Assembly (NCBI GenBank): GCA_022844165.1
Contig: JALHMH010000004.1
Location: 96,001 to 160,000 of the forward strand
Source: Lysobacterales bacterium
GTDB taxonomy: Bacteria; Pseudomonadota; Gammaproteobacteria; Xanthomonadales; SZUA-5
Direction: 5' to 3'
DNA length: 64,000 nucleotides
Under the pieces are notes generated by a model. The model was given only the letters and a program-made list of their open reading frames with translations. It was not told the DNA's origin and made no database searches. Shown here piece after piece: positions 57,393 to 64,000 of this stretch (position 1 is the stretch's first letter; every line of letters starts with the position of its first letter). Position numbers and translations under genes: made by a program.

Positions 57393-58475
57393 TTACCAAC
57401 TCTCTTCGAAGGAGCAGAACTTCTTCTCGCGCCGTGCCGGATCCTGGCCGAAGGCTCTGTTGCTGCACTCGACGCCGTCACGGAAACGGCGCACGATGTG
57501 TCTGCCATCTTCCGCCGAGTAGCGCACGTTTCGGGTTCCCCGAAACTCGCAATAGTCGTTCTCGCGTGCGCAATAGACCCAATGGCCGCCACCCCAGTCG
57601 CTGCCACCGAAACCGCCATCGGTTTGGTAGTCGCAGGCTTTTTTGTCCCCGGGAGCGGGGTCGCCGAAGGTGCGGTTGTCGCAAGAGTGAGCGCCGCGCG
57701 GAAGTCGCCTGAAGGTATATCGCCCGTTTGCCCCATAGCGCACAGTGGCAGAGGTCGGCAGCTGGCAACTGCGTCCTTCGCGTGCGCAGTAAGTCCATTG
57801 CCCACCCCACTGATAGTCTCCGCCGCCATAGTAGCCGTCATCGTATCCAGGCTGACCGCCGCCGTATCCAGGCTGACCGTGGGTCACTAGCACATCGCAG
57901 TATTTTCTCGATCGTGGTGCGGGATCGCCAAAGGTCTCGTTGCCGCAGAACACTGATCCGCCGCGTACCTGACGCTCATAGAAGCGGCCATCGGCACCGT
58001 AACGCACCGTTGCGAACGCGCCGCCGAAGCGACAGTTCTCGCCTTCGCGCGCGCACCGTTGCCAACCATCCGAATCCCAGTGGTCGTCGGGGTAGCCGCC
58101 GCCATGGCCGCCATGGTCGAAATAGCGCAACTCGCAGGACTTCTTGGTGCCGGGTGCCGGATCGCTGAACATCCGATTGTCGCAATCCAGAGTGGCGAAA
58201 TTCACTTCGCGATACACATAACGGCCGCGCGCGCCGTAGCGTACTACGGCCCAGCCATCCGCCGTGCAACGGTCGCCTTCGCGCGCGCAGTATTCCCACT
58301 CGCCGTAGGCGCCGTAGCTGCCGCGTTTTGCGCCACCGGCTTGTACCGGATCTGAGCCGGATTGATCGCCGATAAAACCTCTTCTCGGCTGAGCGACTCC
58401 CTGCGTTCCGATGAATAGCGCCAGTAGCGCAACCAAGAAGACATCGAACCGAAACGAATCTCTAAACATCGGCAT
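57393..58475 (-). CDS. Secreted protein with four Cys-rich W..CARE...VRYG...DPA repeats
   Basis: Signal peptide; four ~55-aa repeats, each with 4 Cys, separated by Gly/Tyr/Asp-rich linkers. Confidence 0.8.
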   Translation of the reverse strand: MPMFRDSFRFDVFLVALLALFIGTQGVAQPRRGFIGDQSGSDPVQAGGAKRGSYGAYGEWEYCAREGDRCTADGWAVVRYGARGRYVYREVNFATLDCDNRMFSDPAPGTKKSCELRYFDHGGHGGGYPDDHWDSDGWQRCAREGENCRFGGAFATVRYGADGRFYERQVRGGSVFCGNETFGDPAPRSRKYCDVLVTHGQPGYGGGQPGYDDGYYGGGDYQWGGQWTYCAREGRSCQLPTSATVRYGANGRYTFRRLPRGAHSCDNRTFGDPAPGDKKACDYQTDGGFGGSDWGGGHWVYCARENDYCEFRGTRNVRYSAEDGRHIVRRFRDGVECSNRAFGQDPARREKKFCSFEESW

Positions 58476-58609
58476 TTCTCCCCGAGCAGACGGATGCGAA
58501 CCAAGTTCGCCTGGATGCTTTCATATCACAGGGCGCAAAGCGATCCCAGGCTTGAAACGAACGATCCGCGTCACCGGTCGAACGGAAGGTGAACAGTCGG
58601 ACGGTCGCT

Positions 58610-60457
58610 TCACTGCGCCGTTTCTGTGTCGCCTCGCGAAGACTGGCGCAGACGCACTTTCGCCAAGGCGCGGTCGAACTTCTGTCGTTCCGGGTGATCG
58701 GCGGGATAGCTGACTTCGATCACGGGCCGGGCGCGTTCTAGTTCTGATGCGGCCAGTTCGAGCGCACCTTGCGCCATCGCTACTTCGGCACGCAGCCATG
58801 CTGCTTCGGCCTGACGTTCGGGTGAAAACTGCTGGCGATGTGATTGGTGCAGTTGTACAACTTCGGCCCATGCGGCAGCTGCGCCGTCCAGATCGCCCAG
58901 GTGCATCAAGGCGCGTGCGCGTTGGCGTTGAACGTTTTCGGTGTCGCCAATCGAGACGGTGCCGGCAAGCGCACGGGCACTGGCGAGATCGAGAAGCTGT
59001 CGGGCGCGCTCGGTTTCGCCCAAACCTGCCAATGTGGCCGCGATGCTGGAAAGCGCGTTCAGTGCAGGCCCGGAGGGTGTACTCAGATGCGCCGCTTCGA
59101 TCCGTTGCGCCAACATCAATGCGGTCTCGCGGTGATCAACGATCAGCGCCCACAGTCGCAAAGCGTCGATTGTCTCCGAGGCCGTCAGTGCGGCGCCGAT
59201 TCTCAGCGCTCGATCGAGCACGATTTGCGCGTCTTCGAATCGACCCAGATTGATCAACCCGGCCGCCAACTCGCTGGAGGCCTCAAGGACAAGGGCCGGC
59301 GGCGCGTCTTTTCGGTTGGCAAGCACACTCGCGGCAGCCAGCAATAAATCGCCCGCGGGTGGCTCCCGCCCGCGATAACGATCCGGACTGACCGCCGAAA
59401 TCACATCGATCAGAGTCGCCAGATGGGCGCGGGCTTGTGCCGCCTCGTGTGCGGCTACCCGGGCCTGATAAGCAAAGCCGATGCCACCGACCGCTAACGC
59501 CGCCGCCACGGTGCCGCCTGCCAGGAGGGGCCATCGATGGATGCGCGCGAAGGCCATCGTCCGCTCACGACGACTGTCGATGCCGCTGCGCAGCGGTTTT
59601 CCGGCTCGCGCATCGCGTAGATCGTCGGCCAGGGCAGTGGCACTGGGATACCGCGCGGTCGCCTGTTCGTGGGTGGCGCGATCAGCGATGCGCTTTGCGC
59701 TGGCCGTCAGTTCGTCGCCCAACAGCTCTGCGATCAGTCGACCGATGGCGTACACATCGACAGCTGTTGTGGCGATCTCTCCCCGATGCTGCTCTGGCGC
59801 AGCGTATCGCGGGGTCATGGGCCGCAGATCGGTCAATGTGGCGCATTGGTCCGAGTCGTCTTCCAGCTTGGCGATTCCAAAATCCAGCAGCCGCGGATGG
59901 CCGTCGCTGGCCAACATGACGTTGCCTGGCTTGATATCGCGGTGAATGACCAGTGCCGCATGAGCGTATGCCACGGCTTCGCAAAGTTCGATGAGAATGC
60001 CCAGGCGCTGATCGACCGACAAACGCAGCCGTGCTTCCATCAACGTGGTGCCGTCGATCAGCTCCATCGCCAACCAGGGTTGGCCATCGCGATCGATGCC
60101 GCCGTCCAACAGCTTCGCGATGTGTGGATGCTGAAGGCGCGACAGGATTGCGCGTTCGCGTGCAAAGCGCTGCGCACGTTCAGGGCCAAGGCCGTGGTGC
60201 ATCCGTTTGAGCGCGACCGCCTGTTCGAATGCACCATCGTCGCGTCGCGCCAGGTACACCACGCCCATCCCGCCGCGGCCAAGTTCTTTTTCGATACGGT
60301 ACGGACCAATTCGCGCTGGACTGGCTTGATCTAACAGCGCCAACAACTCCTCATGCAGGTCGCTGTCGACTTGAGCCAGCGCGGCGCTTCTGAGAGGCAA
60401 TGGCACATCGAGCAATCGATGGAAGGCGTTGCGCAAACGATCGAAGCGCGCGTCCAT
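58610..60457 (-). CDS. Membrane Ser/Thr protein kinase with C-terminal TPR-like region
   Basis: GRGGMG, VALK, HRDIKPGN, DFG, APE; TM segment; start ATG 60457. Confidence 0.92.
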   Translation of the reverse strand: MDARFDRLRNAFHRLLDVPLPLRSAALAQVDSDLHEELLALLDQASPARIGPYRIEKELGRGGMGVVYLARRDDGAFEQAVALKRMHHGLGPERAQRFARERAILSRLQHPHIAKLLDGGIDRDGQPWLAMELIDGTTLMEARLRLSVDQRLGILIELCEAVAYAHAALVIHRDIKPGNVMLASDGHPRLLDFGIAKLEDDSDQCATLTDLRPMTPRYAAPEQHRGEIATTAVDVYAIGRLIAELLGDELTASAKRIADRATHEQATARYPSATALADDLRDARAGKPLRSGIDSRRERTMAFARIHRWPLLAGGTVAAALAVGGIGFAYQARVAAHEAAQARAHLATLIDVISAVSPDRYRGREPPAGDLLLAAASVLANRKDAPPALVLEASSELAAGLINLGRFEDAQIVLDRALRIGAALTASETIDALRLWALIVDHRETALMLAQRIEAAHLSTPSGPALNALSSIAATLAGLGETERARQLLDLASARALAGTVSIGDTENVQRQRARALMHLGDLDGAAAAWAEVVQLHQSHRQQFSPERQAEAAWLRAEVAMAQGALELAASELERARPVIEVSYPADHPERQKFDRALAKVRLRQSSRGDTETAQ

Positions 60458-60459
60458 GG

Positions 60460-61014
60460 TCAAGACAATCGCTGCGCCAGCCACGCCCTTGCAAACGCAT
60501 AATCGCGATACACGGTGCGTTCGTCGATGTCGAGCAACGCGGCCACCTCGCCGACCTCAAGGCCCCCGAAGTACCGCAGTTCGACGATGCTCGCGACACG
60601 GGCATCCGCCAGGCCCAGATCGGCGAGCGCCGCGTCGAGGTCAAGCAGATCGTGAGTTGCATCGATGGCAACCGGCATCCACTGAGTGATGTCGACGCGC
60701 TGCCAGTCGCCGCCGCGCTTTTCGCGTCCGATCGCGCGTGCCCGATCGATCAGCAGTTGCCGCATCACTTTGGCGGCGGTGGTGAAAAAATGCTTGCGGT
60801 TCTGCAGATTCAGCGATTGCGCGCCGATCAGTTTGAGCAGAGCGTCGTGCACCAGGGCGGTGGGTTGCAGGGTCGCATGATGGTCCTTGCCACGCAGGGC
60901 GCTGGCCGCGAGCTGTCGAAGCTGCCCGTATACGGCGGGCACAAGCCGGGCAAACGCGTCCGCATCGCCTTGTTGCCACGCACTAAGCCAGGTCGTGATC
61001 TCGTTGTCATGCAT
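60460..61014 (-). CDS. ECF sigma factor of the kinase-associated (ECF43/EcfK-like) type
   Basis: ITTWL..W..GD, TLQPTALVH, HFF..AA..MR..LID.AR, KRGG, ELRYFGGL; directly upstream of the kinase. Confidence 0.9.
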   Translation of the reverse strand: MHDNEITTWLSAWQQGDADAFARLVPAVYGQLRQLAASALRGKDHHATLQPTALVHDALLKLIGAQSLNLQNRKHFFTTAAKVMRQLLIDRARAIGREKRGGDWQRVDITQWMPVAIDATHDLLDLDAALADLGLADARVASIVELRYFGGLEVGEVAALLDIDERTVYRDYAFARAWLAQRLS

Positions 61015-61031
61015 GTTTCGATGACCGCTCG

Positions 61032-64000
61032 TCATTTTGGAACCACGATTCGCGGCGCGTTGGCCGCATCCAGTGCAGCTTCCAATTGCGCTAACTCAGT
61101 GGTTCGCAGCGTCGCCAGCGCGCGCTCAATGGCGTTTAGTTCTGCGAGCAGTTGATCGCGTCGCGTCGTCATGCCCTGCGTCGGCGCGTGGTCGCTATCT
61201 TGCGTCCACGAATACAGCGGCGCCAGTTGCGAATGCAGCATGGCGCCGCCTTCGTGGCCGGTCAGAATGTCGTAGACCACTTCGGCTTTGGGATTGTGCA
61301 ATCGCGATTCGATGGCGCTCACGGCAGTGAGCAGCTTTTGCGCAGCGGCGGAAATCTCTGCGTGATTGACGTGCCGCAGCCTCAGATCCGCGGCTTGTTG
61401 GTGCACGGCTTTGGTCGTTTCGATGAGCGTCGTCGTGCGATCAAGCGCGTCGCGTAACGACAACGCAAACGCTTGATTGGCGCGCAACGCCGCCGCGTCT
61501 GCCGGCGAACGTGGATCGGCTCTGACTTCGACGCTGCCGTCGATGCGCTTGCCATCCACCGTCAAGCGCAACGTGTAGACACCCGGCAGCGCCAGTGGCC
61601 CCAGATCCGGATTGCCAAGATCGACCTTGGTAGCGAAACGCCGTGCTCCCTCCAGTCGCAGGTCCCACACCGCTTGTTGCAAGCCGATACGCTTGCTCAA
61701 CGCCGGCTTGGGTTCTTCTTCGGGTTCATCGGGGTCGTCGCCCGCATATCTGGCAGGTACTGGTTTCGACGACAGCGTCCGCAGTGTGCGGCCGTCGGCG
61801 TCGAGGATGCTCAGGCTGATCTCGTCTTTCGGTTCAACGCCCAACCAGTAGCGAATGATCGCGCCATCCGGCGGATTGGGTAACGCACCGCGGGCGAGAA
61901 AATCCCAGCGCGCCTCGCTGCGAAACCGATGCCCCACAGCACCGGGCAACAGCGCCACATTTTGTGCGCGTGCGGCGGGCAGGGCGCGTAAGCTGGCCAG
62001 ACCTTCCAAGACCCAGAACGATCGGCCTCTCGTGGCGACGATCAGATCGCCATGTTTGACTTCAAGATCGGTCACTGTCACGCGCGGCAGGTTCAGCGTC
62101 AGATCCGCCCAGTTGCCGCCGCCATTGTGCGAGTACCAGATGCCGCGGTCGGTGCCCAAATACAGAACATTGGCATCGTCGCGATCTTCGCGCAGCACCC
62201 ACAGCGGCAGATCGTCCGGCAATCCGGTGCTCACACTTTGCCAACTGCGGCCAAAATCGCGTGTGCGGAACAGGTACGGCCGGAAATCATCCATGCGATA
62301 GCGATGGACGACAACGTACGCAGTTCCAGCCGACACCCGCGATGGTTCGATGAACTCGACAGTGCCCCATTCAGGCATTCCTTTGGGGGTGATGTTGGAC
62401 CAGCTGGCGCCGGCATCGCGACTGAGGTGAACCAGGCCATCGTCGCTGCCCACCCAGATTTCGCCTGCGGTCACCGGCGATTCGGCAATCGAAAAAATCG
62501 TGCCGTAGGTTTCAACGCCCGTGATGTCCCCGGTGATCGGCCCACCTGTCCACTGTTGTTTGCTGGTGTCGTTGCGCGTCAGGTCGCCGCTGATGGTGCT
62601 CCAGCTCTGACCTTGATCGTTGCTGCGGAACAGCACATTGGCGCCGTGGTAAACCACTTTCAGATTGTGCGGCGAGGCGGCCAGTGGCGCGGTCCACTGG
62701 AAGCGGTAATCGAGCTTCTCGGGCGCCATGCCGGAAGGATTGGCCGGCCACGCGCTGATGTTGCGGATTTGGCCCGTGCCGATGATCGTGTGCGAGAGAT
62801 AACCGCCGTATTCGCCGGCGTAGATGCCGCCTGGCGTACTCGGATCGAACAGCACATCGCCGGCTTCGCCGCCGCCGATCATGAGCCAGTTGCCGAGCGG
62901 ATTGTCGCCATTGACCAACGAGCGCGATGGTCCCATCGCGGTGCCCCAATCCTGAATCGTGCCGGCGATCCGATAGGGAATGCTGTCGTCCACATCGAGA
63001 TTGTAGATTTGCGCCAATGGCAGCGGCGGCGTGTACCAGGTCTTGCCGCCATCCAGCGTGATGTCGAGGCCACCATCGTTGCCGCTGATCAGGCGCTTTG
63101 GATTGCTGGGATCGATCCAGATGTCGTGATGATCGCCGTGATGCGGTCCGGACACTTGATGCACGGTCTTGCCGCCATCGATGCTGCGCAGCAAAGGAAC
63201 CTGCGGGAACCAGATCACATCCGCGTTGGTTGGATCGATGGTCAGTACCGTGTAATACCAGGCGCGCTGTTGCAACGAGCGGTGGGTATTGATGCGTTTC
63301 CAGGAACTGCCAGCGTCGTCGGAGCGGAACAATCCGCCCTGTTCTGCTTCGATCAAGGCGTACACGCGTTGCGCATCGCTCGGTGCCACACGCACGCCGA
63401 CCTTGCCCCAATCGCCCTCTGGCAGGCCGGCTTCCGTCAGCTGAGTCCAGGTATCGCCACCGTCGATGGAACGATACAAACCGCCGCCTGGCCCGCCGCT
63501 GGTGGCAATCCAGGGCGAACGGCGGAACTGCCACAGACCTGCGTAGACGATGTTGGGGTGTTGCGGATCGAGTGCCACGTCAGAGGCGCCGGTATCGGCG
63601 TCCTTCTTCAACACCAACTGCCAGCTGCGGCCGCCATCGCTCGTGCGGTAGACGCCGCGTTCTGCGCCCGGCCCGAATGGCGAACCCAACACCGCTGCAT
63701 AGGCAATGTTCGGATCGCGCGGGTGAACGACCATCGTGCCGACCTGGCCGCGCCCTTTCCAGACATGTGTCCAGTTCTGGCCCGCATCGATCGATTTCCA
63801 GATGCCCAGGCCGATCGCCACATTGCCCCTTGGATTGGCCTCGCCGCCGCCGACATAAATGACATTAGGATCGCTCGGCGCGACGGCGATCGAACCGATC
63901 GACTGGCTGATTTCTTTGTCGAAAATCGGCGCCCAGTCCCGGCCATCGTTGTTGCTCTTCCAGACGCCGCCCTGGGCTGCAGCCGCGTACAACACTTGCG
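61032..64000 (-). CDS. Large BNR/VPS10-like beta-propeller protein (putative glycoside hydrolase); 5' end lies outside the window
   Basis: Many Asp-boxes (SIDAGQNW, TSDGGRSW, SDDAGSSW), HGDHHDIWIDP, YRFQWTAP. Confidence 0.88.
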   Translation of the reverse strand, partial: QVLYAAAAQGGVWKSNNDGRDWAPIFDKEISQSIGSIAVAPSDPNVIYVGGGEANPRGNVAIGLGIWKSIDAGQNWTHVWKGRGQVGTMVVHPRDPNIAYAAVLGSPFGPGAERGVYRTSDGGRSWQLVLKKDADTGASDVALDPQHPNIVYAGLWQFRRSPWIATSGGPGGGLYRSIDGGDTWTQLTEAGLPEGDWGKVGVRVAPSDAQRVYALIEAEQGGLFRSDDAGSSWKRINTHRSLQQRAWYYTVLTIDPTNADVIWFPQVPLLRSIDGGKTVHQVSGPHHGDHHDIWIDPSNPKRLISGNDGGLDITLDGGKTWYTPPLPLAQIYNLDVDDSIPYRIAGTIQDWGTAMGPSRSLVNGDNPLGNWLMIGGGEAGDVLFDPSTPGGIYAGEYGGYLSHTIIGTGQIRNISAWPANPSGMAPEKLDYRFQWTAPLAASPHNLKVVYHGANVLFRSNDQGQSWSTISGDLTRNDTSKQQWTGGPITGDITGVETYGTIFSIAESPVTAGEIWVGSDDGLVHLSRDAGASWSNITPKGMPEWGTVEFIEPSRVSAGTAYVVVHRYRMDDFRPYLFRTRDFGRSWQSVSTGLPDDLPLWVLREDRDDANVLYLGTDRGIWYSHNGGGNWADLTLNLPRVTVTDLEVKHGDLIVATRGRSFWVLEGLASLRALPAARAQNVALLPGAVGHRFRSEARWDFLARGALPNPPDGAIIRYWLGVEPKDEISLSILDADGRTLRTLSSKPVPARYAGDDPDEPEEEPKPALSKRIGLQQAVWDLRLEGARRFATKVDLGNPDLGPLALPGVYTLRLTVDGKRIDGSVEVRADPRSPADAAALRANQAFALSLRDALDRTTTLIETTKAVHQQAADLRLRHVNHAEISAAAQKLLTAVSAIESRLHNPKAEVVYDILTGHEGGAMLHSQLAPLYSWTQDSDHAPTQGMTTRRDQLLAELNAIERALATLRTTELAQLEAALDAANAPRIVVPK

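Noticed and set aside
52403-58523. Shared 11-mer GGATGCTTTCA upstream of the RiPP precursor and of the Cys-repeat gene
   Set aside because: A single 11-bp match is expected by chance at this scale, and the flanks do not align convincingly.

Overview
GC-rich gammaproteobacterial chromosome segment whose gene content and order look Xanthomonadales/Rhodanobacteraceae-like (inference). Housekeeping blocks are dnaX-ybaB-recR, smpB/ratA/rnfH, rpe, ndk-rlmN-pilW-rodZ-yfgM-bamB-der-moeA-moeB and ppsR. There is a complete cbb3 oxidase cluster (ccoNOQP-orf-ccoGHIS-dsbD-like) with two FNR-type boxes. Accessory content includes an MNIO (DUF692) RiPP cluster with a 9x EGKCG precursor, an ECF sigma factor/Ser-Thr kinase pair, several large secreted beta-propeller or DUF11 proteins and dispersed intergenic repeats. 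Two items stand out. (1) A small gene missed by the ORF track (2496-2735) has its own promoter-like site, RBS and terminator, and yields a complete SEC-C zinc-motif protein only after three successive +1 frameshifts at Phe (UUU) codons in prfB-like contexts. (2) A three-gene operon encodes a tandem-GlcG lipoprotein, an outer-membrane beta-barrel and a decaheme cytochrome c fused to LVIVD repeats. No rRNA, tRNA, CRISPR array or transposase was recognised. All family assignments come from motif recognition by eye, not database searches.
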